Shown: piece by piece, positions 1 through 14,630 of the stretch | Position numbering within the stretch: position 1 is the first letter of the stretch | How the letters are laid out: every line of letters begins with the position of its first letter | Assembly (NCBI RefSeq): GCF_009914755.1 | Contig: NC_060939.1 | DNA from: the human T2T-CHM13v2.0 reference genome, Homo sapiens | Reading direction: 5' to 3' (one strand) | DNA length: 64,000 bases | Position numbers and translations under genes: made by a program | Notes under the pieces: generated by a model | What the model saw: the letters and a program-made list of their open reading frames with translations, nothing else | What the model was told of the DNA's origin: nothing | The model's database searches: none

Positions 1-119
1 AGAATCCTCAGATGATTTCTATGCAGAGTAAAATGTGGGAAATGCTGCTCTAGCCGTCTGCTCCTCTCTCCATCTCCCTGTACCCTCCATCATTAATGTC
101 CATCTCCTGTGCGGTGACT

Positions 120-1140
120 TCTAGCCCTTTATCTCCAGCACAAACTTTCTTCTGAATTTTATTCTCACAATGGCAGCTGGCTTCTTGGCATTCCCATTAT
201 TGTGCATCATAACAACAAACTCAACATTTCTACAATCCCCATCCCAAACAATTTCCCTTTCTGACAGGCCAATTCTCTAAAGTCATATCATGCTTATAAT
301 TACCTAAGTTCAAACTCTTGGAGTCATCTTCATTTCTTGCCAGTGCCTTTCTAATTCCCCATATCAAACACCTGATTTCAATGATTTGTTTTGGAATATC
401 TCATGAACACATTCTTTAATTTAGATCCCCACTTTAGCAAAGCATGGCAGAAAAGTTGAGAGATAGTAACTTTAAGTAAATTACTTAACTTCCCTAAGCC
501 TCAGTTTCCCCTTCTGAGGATATCTGAGGATATCTTTGTCTATCTCCCAGATGCTGTTGTGATTTTTTTTTTTAATTTTAAAGGCACCCAGGTCAGTATC
601 TGGCACATGGCACACACTAGATGATGAACAAATCTTGGCTTATGCTTCCTCATCACTCAACCCTATTTTAGGGCCACTGTTTGGGGGCTTCTTAACATGT
701 TTCCCAGCTTCCAGTCCTTAAGTTAATCCATTTTATGTATTATTGTCCAATCATATCAATAAAAATTCCATTCACCAATCACTCAGAAGCCACCAGTGAC
801 TTGAAAGTGCCACTGTGTGATGCCCAAACAGCTTAGGCTGCCATCCTGATATTGACATACTCTATCTCCAGCCAACCATTTGGTCTCATCATCTACTCCT
901 TCCCTACTCACACTCTCTTGTTCACATAAACTCTGACCACACTGTATGCCTTTCAGCTTCTGTCCTCACTTCCACAGTATTCCACTGTCCTGAATGCTTA
1001 TCTTCTAATTTATTTTTCTCATCCAATTGCCGTTCAATCCTTTCACCCCCAGCTCAGACTCCACTCTCTGTATAAGCCACTTGGCAGTTAATTGTTCATT
1101 TCTGTTTGATAATTCTTCTCCTCTTACCTGGAACTGTTTC
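120..1140 (+). mobile_element. Degraded L2 LINE fragments, interrupted by a MIR piece at ~470-630
   Basis: L2-like pyrimidine-rich text (ctccagcacaaac, ctcaacatttctac, ggagtcatcttcatttc). MIR core acttaacttccctaagcctcagtttcc. Confidence 0.55.
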
Positions 1141-1229
1141 AGACGCATACACTACAATGAAATGGTTCATGGATTTATTTTTCATTTCTTAATAAGACTA
1201 TTTGGAAAAAAAAACCAACAACCAATATC

Positions 1230-1460
1230 TATAAGCACTTTCACTTGCCCAGGCAATGAGCAAAGTGCTGTGCATGGATTTTCTAATCTGACCTTCTCAG
1301 CATCCCTATGAGGGGAGAACTGGTATGGCCCCTGGTTTGTGGATGCAGAAATGAAGGGGCAGAGATGCTCAGTAATTCATGCCAAGTTGCCCTGTTAATG
1401 GGAGGCAGAGCCAGGACTTGAATCCAGGTTTTGCCATCTCAGCTCCCATGTTCTTAACCC
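1230..1460 (-). mobile_element. MIR SINE
   Basis: cccaggcaatgagcaaagtgct...gatgcagaaatgaagggg...ggcagagccaggacttgaatccagg. Confidence 0.65.
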
Positions 1461-2875
1461 CCTCTATATGTAGATGCCAAGGGCAGGAAACAAATCCAAC
1501 AGCTCTCTCTATTTCCCATGTGATAGATACGGATTTCAGACAATTGAAGTCTTGTTTTTTCAGAACCATGTAATCTGACTTGTGTGTGTGTGATCTGTAC
1601 AACAATATGCCACATTATCTTCAGGCTGCACTACAGTATCTTGGCACTTGCAAAGCATTTCTCCTTCTAAGGACTTTAAAAATGATTATGTTACTTTCAA
1701 AATAACTCTGAGGTAAGGAAAGAAAAAAAATATCTTAACATCAATGCCTCCTACCCTGACTTGGCCATATGGCTCCTGGAACCAACATCTTCAAGTCCCA
1801 ACTGCTACCCCAGGGTGCTCAACTTCCCTTGGAGTCATGGCCGTACCATTTAGGATATGATGAGCAAAAGACAAAAGTCAGAATCTGGCAGGAAATGCAA
1901 TCAGTAAAGTCCACATTCCAGGGTGGTATCAATTTTAAGCAGATTATCTAAGATCAAGATGTGGCTAATAGGATCAGATAGCTGGCTCATTCTAAATTTA
2001 TGGCCCTAAAAAATCAAATAATATAAACCTCTGAGTTGGGATTTTTTGGCTCTGAATTCCAAGATTTGTGATGATGAAGAAGTTACTGAAGGTGATGAAG
2101 GGGAAAAGAAGACGGAGGAAAGGTGTCCCATTGTACATCAGTAGAGAAGAATAGTTCTTCACCTTTCTTTGGGTCCTTTTTAATTTGATGGAAGCATACT
2201 CATACACAGAGACACACACACAAAATACTCAGTTTAGGCAGTGCAGGTGTCATCACCTCCCCCAAAGGCCTAGAAAAAGAGTGGAAGATATATACTACAC
2301 AGCTCCCAAGCATCAGCATTTTGCAGTGCCAGGCACTATAGCAGATACCAGCAAATGTATATCAAATCCCTGCTTGCACTGTCCTCCAAATCTCCAAATA
2401 ACCAACACACATTGAGGGCCTCCTATGCTCATGGCCACTATGTTCAGAGCTGGATAAAGGGAGAGGCAATATCAAGATGAGTAAGAAGAGTAAAAAACAA
2501 TGACTGCAAAGAGGAGCTAAAAACCCAGTGCCAAGAATGGGAGTCTATACCTCTGTAAGCTTACCTAAAAATAATTTTGCAAATACCTAAATATCAATCT
2601 TCCAGGAGCTGAGAAAGTAAAAAGGAAAAGAGAGCATGGGAAGTTTAGTCATGGGGTCCTAAAACAGATTATATTATGGTATTTCACTGGTGAGTGGCAA
2701 GAGAGAGGCATACACCCACAGCTGAGGGATTGTAGTGAGGGAGTGGTCATAAGATCACATGCGGGTGGGAAAGACGCAGTGAGAAAAATGGTCACCAGGC
2801 AGAAATGCATGGGCTGGGGAGGGGGAGACATTCCATGTGGCGGGAGCAACAGACAAAGCATAGCAAATAGGGAAC

Positions 2876-3318
2876 TGTTAGGGATTGAATTGTGCCCCTC
2901 AAACACCATCACCACAGTACCTCATATTGTCACCTTATTTGAAAACGGGATCTTTGCAGATGTTCAAGTTAAGATGAAGTCACTAGGATGGGCCCTAATC
3001 CAATATTACTACGTCCTTATACAAAGGAAAAATGTGAACACAGATAGATACACACGCACAGAACACCATGTGAACATGAAGGCAGAGATCTGCATAATGT
3101 GTCTACAAGCCAACAAATGTCCAAAATTGCCAGCAAACTACCAAAGCTAGAAGAGGGGCCTGGAACAGATCCTTCCCTAGTGCCTTCAGGGGGCTCACAG
3201 CCCTCCAGACACCTTGATCTTGGATTTCGGGCCTCCAGAACCGAGAAAATAAATTTCTGTTGTTCTAGGCCATCCAGTTTGTGGCACTTTGTTACAGCAG
3301 CCCTAGCAAACTAAAACA
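2876..3318 (+). mobile_element. MaLR solo LTR (MLT1B/C-like)
   Basis: TG...CA ends and typical motifs (ccttatttgaaaacgggatctttgcagatg; gtttgtggcactttgttacagcagccctagcaaactaa). Near-matching 5-bp TSD ggaac/ggaat. Confidence 0.85.
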
Positions 3319-3519
3319 GGAATTGTTTCTTCCCTGAGAAGGAAAGTACATAATTTGGCAGGAACATAAGGCAGGAATATGGGAAAAATGGGAAGCAGCT
3401 CAGTAAGGGAGATTAGGAACACGATGTTGCAGGACTATCTGTGAGTAACTCCATAAAAATGGGACATCACCAATCAAGTGACAGTGCTAGAACTGCAGCT
3501 GTGGAATTTAGATGTGGGC

Positions 3520-3640
3520 ACTGGTATGGATCAATAGATAGAGATGAAGACTGACAGATGGATAGATGGATAAATGAAGATGACAGATGTTGGGTCAATA
3601 GATATAGACATGGATAGATACTTAGATAAGAGATTTAGAT
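3520..3640. repeat. Degenerate GATA/GATG-rich low-complexity tract
   Basis: atagatagagatg...gatggatagatggata...tagatatagac. Confidence 0.55.
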
Positions 3641-4345
3641 TAAGTGATGTACCTTCAACTAATGATAATGGCTTTTCACATTAATGTTAAAAATCAATTT
3701 CCAAATGTTGAATTCTGTTTCCCACTTTCAAAACAATGTCACATAGGTTTAGGAGAACAAAAGTCCTGGAAATTCATAGGAATTACACACCTGGGAAAGC
3801 AGAGTGTCCCATGGAGCCCAGAGAGCACCTGCTCAGGTAGACACACCCAGCCTGCACTCACCAAATCTGTGCCTTAGCCCTCACAGATCTCACCCCTAGT
3901 AGAAACTGCACAACCTAGGCTGAAACAGTCAGACTGTGACAGAAAGAACCTCAAGGAATAAAAGCAGTACAGGGAGAGTGCTAGGGCATTCCTAAGAGGT
4001 AGCAATAGTAGGAGACTTAGCTTTCTTGGAGGAGACAGCTGTTGCCATGAGGCCTAAAGGAGACATAAGATTTTCTCCTAAGAAGATAGGAAGAGAAGTT
4101 ATTCCTGGAATAAAGCACCACACTGACAGCCATAGTGGGGAAGTACAAGACACACTTGGGGAAGTGCAAGGAGTTCCTATTAATAAATGGAAATGATTAG
4201 CTTGGGGGCAGATCATGAAGGAACTTGAGAGTTTTGGGCAATGGGTGAGTCTTGAAGGATTTCAAAGAGGGGATGACCAGAGAAAAGATTAAAAGGAATG
4301 AAAGATGAGACAGAGAAAGGTCAGCAGTGGCTGGTCTAGCTAGGG

Positions 4346-4988
<643 letters not shown>

Positions 4989-5689
4989 GGTTAAACGGTG
5001 ACAGTACCATCCTGGACACGTGATACATTAGGGCTGGGATCGCTGAAGGAGAACCAAGAGGATGGATGCCAGAGGGATGCAAAGGTAGAGCTTATGCAAA
5101 TCAGAAACTTGGCATCAGATTAAACATAGGGGGTGGGAGAGGAGGCAGTGTCTGGGCTGCTCCAGGGTTCTCCAGTGTGATTATGACAAGACCATTAGCA
5201 ACACAGGAGAGCAACGGAAAAGAAGTTGGTGATGTGTTCAGCACAAACTCAGGACAGCATGCCTGCAATGCTTAAAGAAGTGTGGCAATGCTTGAACTAT
5301 GAATTAGAAACCTCATGCCCTTGACTTTATTTCATCAGACCTGAGGCAAGCCACTTGCTATTAAATAAGGCTCTTCCAGCCAGGCATGGCAGCACACAGA
5401 GGAGCTCTGAGTTCCAAGAACTGCGGTATACTCTACTCAGTTTAGAGCCACTTTAGACTTGCTAAGATCAGTGGAAGAACTGAGGTTAATGTTAGGTCAA
5501 TTTATTTTATAAACTTTTAGTGTGTAGATGAATTCTTTTGGGACCTCACTGTGCCTATTATCCCCCAAATGCACTCACTGCCTTAAGAGGCAGGAGATAC
5601 AACAACACATTCAATGCCTAGCAGCCCTGTTTCCTCTTCCTAAATGAGGAGCAAAGAGTAAGATGTAATTGCTGTGACTAACATGGCAG

Positions 5690-5900
5690 TGTAGTCAAGG
5701 GGAATGTAAGCAAATTCTAAGTTTCACTTCCAGTTCTGCCATTAGGCAGATGTGGATCAGGCACCAGTAACCTCCTGAGCTCAGTCTTCCCACCTGCATA
5801 ATGGGGATAACTATACTTCCCTTGGAGACCCAAGGGATTATAGATATTTGGGTGAAGCATACAGTGCTTCATACAATTGTCTGGCAACAATTGGCATGAA
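5690..5900 (+). mobile_element. MIR SINE
   Basis: acctcctgagctcagtcttcccacctgcataatggggataac. Confidence 0.6.
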
Positions 5901-6669
5901 TTACATTCCAATTCCAAATGCGAGCTGTAAACAATATTCAACAAGACAGCCGTGAGTGTCCTAAGAAGAGAGAGAAGGCGATGAAGCATCAATGAGACAT
6001 TTGCTATGCATTCTCTGTGGTAGAGTCTCCTCCTTCTATATATCCTTCAAAATTCTCAGGCAACGAGGATGTGAATACAACTGCATTCTTACCACCCTGC
6101 ATGACCCTTCTCCCGCTTGTTATTCCACTAAATTGACAGGGCCTGGAGGGAAATCTTACCTGCAAATATATCACAAACAGACACACAGATTTTGAGCAGT
6201 AAATATTTTTTTTATATGAGTTCTCTTTGGCAGATCATATACTCTTATTCTAAAAATCTCAAGTATCAAGTGTCAAATGTGATCAAGTGTTATCATTATA
6301 CAATACTTTTGATGGATATGTGTTCTTTGATTCCTAGGGAAAAAATATGAAATTGAGGTACGTTTCTTACGTAAGAAACCTGGGGTCATAGTTTCTCCAG
6401 AGATGTGCCATAGGCACTTAGATAACACTTGTGCCCCTTTTGGACACTTGTAGAGACCCCAAAGCTCACACCATCCCACACAACGTGTGCAAATAGCTGT
6501 AGAATGAGAACCAGATGATGGTCTAGCCCTGTGGGACAGGGGAGAGTCACTGTCTTTCCAAGTTTCAGTTTTCCAATCTGTAAAAGGGAGATAAAACTTT
6601 TGTACCTTCTCCGTCACAAAAACATCATGAGCTCTAAAGAAGGTAATGTAGGAATTATCTTTGAATGTT

Positions 6670-6866
6670 AGTGCAATGACATTTTGGACCAGATAATTCT
6701 TGGTTTTGGGGGGCTGTCCTGAGCATTGTGGGATATTTAGCAGTATCCCTGGTCTCTCCTCACTGGATGTGAATAGCATCCTCCACCCCATTGTGATCAT
6801 CGAAAGTGTCTCTAGACATTGTCAAAAATCCCCTAGGGACAGAATCACCCTGGTTGAGAACCACTG
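6670..6866 (-). mobile_element. MER20 hAT-Charlie element
   Basis: gacattttggaccagataattct...gggctgtcctgagcattgtggg...ggttgagaaccactg is the reverse complement of MER20. Confidence 0.85.
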
Positions 6867-8616
6867 CTACAAGTAGGAAATTTTCACTGCAGCTTATGAT
6901 TCAGGAACTGGGAGAATCAGGACCACTAATGCTAGCTGAGTTCCATGTTTAACCATAACATATACTGATGCTGCTCCTAAAAGCCCATAGACCATTAACA
7001 AGAGCTGAGAATGTCATAGCTGCCTGCTGTAGTTGTGTGCATCATGGCCACACGGCCAAGGACATGGTGGCTGTATGTGTTATGGGGCAGTGGCGATGCC
7101 AGCTTCAGATGTCTATACAGTGGCTGTTGTAGAGCTCTGGAAGTCCTGGGAGCTCTCGTGCAAACAAGTCACATTGGACTTTAAGCAGTGATGCTTTTAT
7201 AACTATATGAATCCATATTCTGATGCATTTTTAATCCATGTAAACTCACAGCCAACCACCCCTTATTATACCACATTAGGGAGTTTAATTACTTATTTAA
7301 TCAGAATCTTTCCTGGATGGCCAGAAACAGCAAATAGAGAAACTTCAATAGCCATTATGCCAACCAAGAGCAACACAGACTCCATTGAAACAATTGCCTG
7401 CACTGCAATCATGCTAATTAAAGGCCCCCAGAAGAGTCAAGATAAAAATGTCAAGTGAGATTTGTTCTGGACTGCAATGACTTACTGCCTCACATGATGA
7501 AGTTCCAATAACCCTGGAAAGAAATGCCTTGCTGGTAGGGAGTGTGGGGGGAGGAGGATTGCTGGCTGCAAAAGCCAACCAGTAAGGCCCCAGAGGTGAT
7601 GTACTGCAATGGAGGAAGGCAATTCAATCAATCCTCAAAAATGGGGCTTCCCAAAGGATCCCCATTTCCAAGCAGTGCCTTAGTCTGCCCAGGGTATGAA
7701 AGGCTCCTGTGGGTGCTTCTCAAAGCTTCTCTCCCCCATGCCAACCCACCTACTTTATGAAGTGGGTTTGGACATGAAGCCACTGACTTGCATCACAGGA
7801 TATTTTAACAAACACCCCTAAGAGGTGCACTGTTAGATCTACTGTCAGGAAGCTGGAAAGTATAATACTGCATCCCCACACTATTCCTCTGAACAATGGA
7901 AAAGATATTCTTCCTCTGAATGACAGCCTGTAACCTTTGATGCTTACCTTTGTTCCTTGGCCACTAGGATGCCCAGAGCCAGATCTCTAAGGTCCCTCTA
8001 GCAGCAGGTACTTAGTAGTCTAAACTTGCCACTAATTTTATTTTCTTACATGTATCCCCCACTATTACCAGATACTGTCACTCCCATTATTCATCTTTGT
8101 TGCATTACATTTGCATTTTTGCAAAGCACCTCAAACATTTTTTGCAATGAAATGGGATGTCACTGAATAAATAACATGTAGATGTCTTTTCTTCCTTCAT
8201 GCAAATTTTATTTCCCATGCATCGAGCCATGTAGATATTTCCCTGGGAGGAATATGGCAGGCCCTATCACAAAAAGCTGCTGTGGATAGGGGCATGATAA
8301 GGAGCTGAGGACATGACTAAATTGGAAAAGTTTATCTTTAAGACTACATCTTTCAGACTTAGGATAGGCTCATGGAATTCTGAATTCAGATGAGGAAGAT
8401 GGCACTGGGACAGACAATAGAGGCTTACTAAAGAATACAAATGATTCTTATCAAAGAGGGAGGGAGGAGGTATTTCTATTACATTGCAATATGATTCCAT
8501 AGAACCAGACAAATTTCCACCATCCTCTATAAGGACCTACTCCAAAATATTAATTGAAATGCTGATTTAATCAGCTCCTGACCCACAGACTTAGGGATCT
8601 GAGAGTACAGGGCTTG

Positions 8617-8718
8617 GACTTCTTAGTGCTATGATAGTGATACTTATCAGACTTCTTAATGCTATGATGGTGATATTCAAGTATCAGACTTCTTAGTGCT
8701 ATGATGGTGATATTCAAG
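8617..8718. repeat. 37-bp tandem repeat, ~2.8 copies
   Basis: TATCAGACTTCTTA(A/G)TGCTATGATGGTGATATTCAAG at 8645-8681 and 8682-8718, with a partial copy at 8617-8644. Confidence 0.9.
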
Positions 8719-9029
8719 AAATGTGTAGGGGTGTATATACACTTTCTGTTGCCCCCAGTGGGGTAATCCAGGAGTGGAAGTCTGAGGATTTAGACACAGG
8801 TAGGGACTAATAGTGGACAGGTAGCTGTATATTCACACTCTTTGTTAAAATGTCGACATATGTCCATACTAGTTAGTAAATAGCCCCTGCCTTGAGTACT
8901 CAGACCCTCAACACTGTCATGCTGGCCCCAGCCCCCTCCTCTGAGAATTCTCACAATCGAACAAGGAGCTCATGCAAGGTCAGGTGCAAGAATCTCTTCC
9001 AATAGGGCAGTGTATACCAGGCAGGGTTT

Positions 9030-10610
9030 TTTTCTCTTAGAATCATTTATGGAAATATAATTCACAAAACATAAAATTCACCCTTTAAAACTATACCACA
9101 CACACATACACACATACACATGAATAAACCATATCCATTAGCAGTTATTCATCACCCTGTGTGCCTCTGACCCCTGGAAACAACCACTAATCTACTTGCT
9201 GGTATTATGGATTTGCTTATTCTGGACAAATCATAGAAATTGAATCATTAAATATGTAGTTACTTTGAATCTAGCTTCTTTCACTTGACATACTGTTTGC
9301 AAGCTTTAACCATGTTGTAGCAAGTACCAATACTCTATTCCTTTTTATGGTTCAATAATATTCCATGGATATATTATATTCTTAGTCCATTTTTAAGTTG
9401 GTGAACATTTACACTGTTTCTGCTTTTTAGCTATTATGAATAATCTTGCTGTGAATATTCATGTACAAGTTTTTGCATGAACACGTTTTCAATTCTCTAT
9501 TATGCACCTAGAAGTGGAATTGGTAGGTCATATGGTAATTCAATGTTTAACTTTTTGAATATATGTCAAACTATTTCCCAAAGCAGCTGCATCATTTTAT
9601 ATTACCAACATTAAGGTGTAAAGGTTCTACTTTCTTCACATCCTCACCAATACTTTTTACTGTCCAACATTTTTTATTGTAACCATTCCAGTGGGTATAA
9701 AATGATATTACAATGTGGATTTGCATTTCCCTAATGACTAATTATAATGAGCAACTTTTCCTGTGCTTATTGGCTATTTGTATATCTTCTTTGAGAAATG
9801 TCTATTCAAACCATTTGCCCATTTTTTATTGGGTTGTCTTTTTATTGAGTTGTAAGTGTTCTTTATATATTCTGGATACTACTCCCTTATCAGATATGAT
9901 TTACAAATATTTTCTACCATTCAGTGGGTTGCCTCTTCATTTTCTTGTTGGTGTCCACTGAAGCAAAAAAGTTTTCAATTTTGATGAAGTCTGATATATA
10001 TATTTTTTCTTTTGTTACTTGTGTTTTTGGTGTCATATATAAGAAATCATTACCTAATCCAAGTCTACAGAAACTTGCACCTAAGTTTTCTTCTAAGAGT
10101 TTTATTGTTTCAATGCTTACATTTAGGTCTTAGATCCATTTTGAGTTAATTTTTGTATATGGTATGTGGTAGGGGTTCCAAGTTCACAATGAGCACGTGA
10201 ATAGCTCATTGTCCCAGGACTATTTGTTTAAAAGACTATTATATCCTTTTTGAATTGTTTTGGCAACATTGTTGAAAAATCAGTTGACCGCAAAAGTACA
10301 AGTCTATTTCTGGACTCTCAATTCTACTCCATTGATCTATGTCTATCCTCATGGCAGTACCATATCGTCTCTATTACTGTAGCTTTGTAATAAGTTTTGG
10401 GATTGAGGAGTTAGAACCTCCAAATTTGTTCTTCTTTTTCAGGTTTGTTAGGCTATTTTGAATCTTCTGGATTTTCCTATAGGTTTTAGGATCAGCATGT
10501 CAATTTCTGCAAAATAGAGGCCTGAATTTTGACAGACTGTGGTTAAATCTGCAGGTCAATTTAAGGAGTACTGGTATATTAATAATATTAATTCTTCCAA
10601 TCAATATACA
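9030..10610 (-). mobile_element. L1MB-type LINE-1 3' end (ORF2 C-terminus plus 3'UTR)
   Basis: Antisense L1 text: ataattcacaaaacataaaattcaccc; ttgcatttccctaatgactaa; gagaaatgtctattcaaa; tccattttgagttaatttttgtatatgg. It explains ORFs 9713 and 9924. Confidence 0.92.
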
Positions 10611-12039
10611 TACATACATGCCAGTTGTTGAATGAAAATGATATTTGATTTAAAAATAGAGTAAAAATGAGTATAGATATCTATGCATTGATATAATAAA
10701 GTCCATGGGAGATTGTGAACTCTTCATCATTGGAATTATTCCCAGAGAAGGATGATAATGTTGGCCAGGTGTATTGTAAAGGGATTTTCTCTCTCTGAAG
10801 GATAGTGGTTGTTTTTTTTTTTTTTTTTTTTTTTTCCAAACTGAAAATCTAAGAGTTGGACTATTTCGAGTTTTCTCAACTCCTCAAGCTATAAAGCATT
10901 CAGGCTCACACAGGAGAACTGTACCATCATAAAATCTCAAAAGAAAGACATAAGTTCAGCCAAGGATGGATAATGGAAGGCCTTGTTCAAAAAATTTCCA
11001 CCAGCAAAGTGACCCTGCCCTCAAGGAAATGGTGAATCTGTGATAGTGTTTATGTGCCCCAGCCCTCATCCCTGATGACTAAGATTGCTAGGAACTACAG
11101 AGGGTAGGGAAGCCCTTCCCCAATTAATATATCTAACTAACACCAAACTAGAAGCTGACATTCAGAGAATCTGAGATCTCTGCTTTAATTCTTAGGATAG
11201 ATTTTTGATCCTGGAATGGCAAACAAAGCAACAAACAAAGGTATACAATTTCACTGTAACTCTCACCTTGAAATAAAAAGAGACAGTTTTTTAAAAACTA
11301 AGACTCAACAGAAAACATGAGAAGCTATGCAAAAAAAAAAAAAAAACCTTGCTAGAAGCCCGGAGAAAACAAGATTCTTATGAATCAAAATATCCATCCT
11401 TTAAACCAACAGAAAATTAAAACAAGCATGACTAACCAGGTGAATCTCAGCCTATCACAACTACGGCCTATTGAAGGAAAAAAAACAAAAAGCAGACTCC
11501 CCAAGCCAGAGAAAGAGGAAGGAAGCCTGGGGAGTGGGGACCTTTGCCAGCAAGCTCAAATCAGATATTCAATGAGTCCCAGACCTCAAGTACCACTTTT
11601 CAAAAATCCGCCAAGATCAGAGAGAAGACTTTAAATCTATCAAAGGCAGCGTGCCAGCACATGAATCTTTGGTTCCACCCAATAATCACAGAGCAAAGGG
11701 CATGCTTAAGGTTGAGAAGAAGCAAGAAAGATTTAGAAAAAAAATCATTAAGTTATTTGACTAATTCTTTACAAGGCAATCAAATGCTAGCCACTCACTT
11801 GTCTTTTGAAGCACACAAGTGTGGCACACACACAGAATGGTCTAGATCTAACTGACAATTATATAGGAGATAAACTGGGAGGCGTAGAAGCAGCCAACTA
11901 TGAGCTTTGAACAATACTATGAACCTGTAGACCTGCTGACCAAAATGTTAAGGTCCTTTCCAGCAGAGCCAAGGTCTCACAGGTAAACTGTATGCCAGTG
12001 TGCGTCAGAGCTCCCTAGAGAAAATTCTTGACTGGCATG

Positions 12040-12285
12040 ATCTGAGAGCTAACTTTGCACCAGGCACTGTTTTGAGTCCTTGGCAGGTTTTATTTCCTTT
12101 AAACCTTAGAATCCCATGAAGTAGGTAACATATTGGTCTAATTTTACTGGTGAAAGAACTATGGCATAGAGAGAGGTTAAGTAACTTGCCAATGTTACAT
12201 GGTTACCAGGATGCAGAGCTGAGATTTGAGCCCAGGTAGGATGCCTCCAACAATCACACAGCTAACTACTACAATGCACTGCTCC
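12040..12285 (-). mobile_element. MIR SINE
   Basis: gcaccaggcactgtttt...gagaggttaagtaacttgcc...gctgagatttgagcccagg. Confidence 0.75.
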
Positions 12286-13569
12286 GCTGAGAAGAAAGAG
12301 GACTGTGGAACAAAGTTTCAACCAGGGAATCACTCATTGCTAAGCCAATATAACATATGGAGGAACAAACACTTTCTCCATAAGGAAAAGTCAAACCTCA
12401 TGAAAATCTTCAAAAGAGTAAATAGGCACAAGGGTGTAAGGAACCAACTGTTATGATATATTTGGATTTTTTTTTTTTTTTTTTGCACTAAGATTCCACT
12501 CAATGGCTATTTTTAAGATGGAAGTCTCCATGGTAATTGAGATGTATTCTCATGGATGGAGAACTGGTCAAAGAGTCTCTTGAAAACCCTTTCCCATTCA
12601 AGAGCAGAATCTCCTGCTTCAGGGCCACGCACCCATAAGAAAGAAAAGACAGGACAATGAGCCTCTCTCTTGGTCTAACTGGCTTGCTTGGGGTACTTTT
12701 GTTTGCTGTGCCTCTGACTTGATTCTAGGCTTTCCCTTACCTCTCTTGTCTTTCAGCACCTGTGCCCTCCTCCACCTGGTGGAGCTTTAGAGCTTTACAA
12801 TTTGTCCAGTATCACTCCTTCACTATTCACCTGATCTCTCCATCCTTAATGCCCCTCCTGGCATCCCTGATCTCCAAGAGGGACTATGCCAGAGTCCCTC
12901 TGAGATGATCCTAAGCTATTCCAGGTAATATAAAACTAAAACAAAAGTTATAAACTATAGGAAGAGCCCAAGAGACTTTTGCATGTGCTGTAAACAAGAG
13001 GAGAGAGATGATCAGAAAAACGGGCAGATAAACTCTCATGTGGGCAAGAAAAGGGGAATGTTTTTCATCAATGGAAAATCCAAACCATTCAGTCTAGAAA
13101 AGAGACTTGGGAGAGATCAAAAAGTATTCCTTGAGGATGTGGTCTCAATATGTGCTACTCGGGCCAAAAATACCAACATGTTGCCAAGCATCATCAAAAC
13201 AGCTGTTGGAAAAAAGAACACATTGTCCTGCCCTTGTGCAAATTCAAGGCATATTTACACTAAGAAGAATGTGTACCCTACTGCCTTCCACAGGGCAAGA
13301 AACAAATAAGACAGTGAGGGAAGTTTGAGGGAAGAGAAGAAACATTTATAAGGATTTAGCAGGTGTGGGAGAGTGTGAGAGGCCAAACTTAAAAGCTCTG
13401 TGAGACTCACCCTTGAAAAAGTGGGGTAAAAGTGAACAGGATCAGAATCGTAGCACTAGGGGAAGGATTGGCTCAAGTGAATGATGGTCTCACTATCATT
13501 CAACTCCTCTTGATCTGTGGCAGCAGAATGAATGGATGGAATTTATCACAGTGCTGGAGTATTCCATGT

Positions 13570-13720
13570 GTGAAATCATTTCATCCTCCCAATGCCTAGC
13601 AAAGTGGTATTTATTATTCTCATCTTACAGATGAGAAAAATGAGGCCTAGAGAGCTTAAGTAATTTGTGCAAAGGTATGAAAGTAGAGCTGGGTTTTAAC
13701 CCTATATTCGTGTTACTCCA
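13570..13720 (-). mobile_element. MIR SINE
   Basis: attctcatcttacagatgagaaaaatgaggcctagagag. Confidence 0.7.
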
Positions 13721-14602
13721 AAGGTTTTCACCTGCATTTGTTTTCCCTCTATTGATTTGGGTCTCTTTGCTCACTGGGATCCATCCTCATTAGGCACTCA
13801 CACTGTTCTTCCCTGATTGATGCTTTCTGGACACACCCTGGTGCTGCCAGAGAAGCCTAAGTACAGGCTGCCATGCTTTCCTGAGTAGGAGCCAGATGCT
13901 TCATGAGCTTGACCCCCAGTTCATTCAGGACTTCTGATGGCCCCAGAGAAGTCCATGGAGTAACAATATCACCACCTAGGATGCCTGTGTTAAGACAAGA
14001 GTCTTGTGGGGACAGGCTTTCCTAGGCAATTGTTCCAAACAGCTGTCAGTGACTTTGTCAATGGGTCCAGCAAAGGGCCTGCCCTTAAAGCCTAAAGTCT
14101 GTCCGCCCTAAAACACACTGTTCTGCATGGATTCCTTTACAAAGCCACCTGATCTTACCCTCTGCATGGCTCTCCCACTGCACTCTGTGTGATAACTGCC
14201 TTGACTTGTCTCAACTTTAGACTCCATGCATGGAACAGACCACCTCAAATCTCTCCAAAGGAGAGATTTCAACAAATCCTGGAATACCTGACATCTGTAT
14301 ATCCCACTGCCTAAGGGCCAGAGCACAGAAAAAGGTGCTAGGAGGCAGTCTCCCTCTCTTACCAAAATAAGCCTGAGACCCTCCCCCATCTACCCCAACA
14401 ACTACACAGTCTACACTTCAATTTCCATAACATTCCATTCCCCTTCAACAAAGTTTTTACCCTTGAACATTATTAGCAACCTATCAGAGATAGGGCAATA
14501 CATTTGAGGAAATCTATCTTCACATCGATATGGTAAATCCAAGGATAACCAGAGCATAAGAGGTTTCTGTAGGAAGGATCTCTCATCCCCTCAAATGCCG
14601 AT

Positions 14603-14630
14603 GTGCACTGGGGCTCACTAGGAGGCAGAT
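14603..14630 (+). promoter_or_regulatory. Candidate CTCF site
   Basis: ggctCACTAGGAGGCAGat resembles the CTCF core, and the upstream TGCACT resembles the ZF9-11 upstream motif. Confidence 0.4.

Noticed and set aside
6273-6800. 175-aa minus-strand ORF
   Set aside because: It is made of MER20 and MIR-like sequence and has no protein-like features.
8643-8653. CTTATCAGACT match to mature miR-21
   Set aside because: The match is only 11 nt, lies inside a tandem repeat and has no precursor hairpin.
9713-10133. Hydrophobic ORFs resembling membrane proteins
   Set aside because: They are antisense translations of L1 ORF2.
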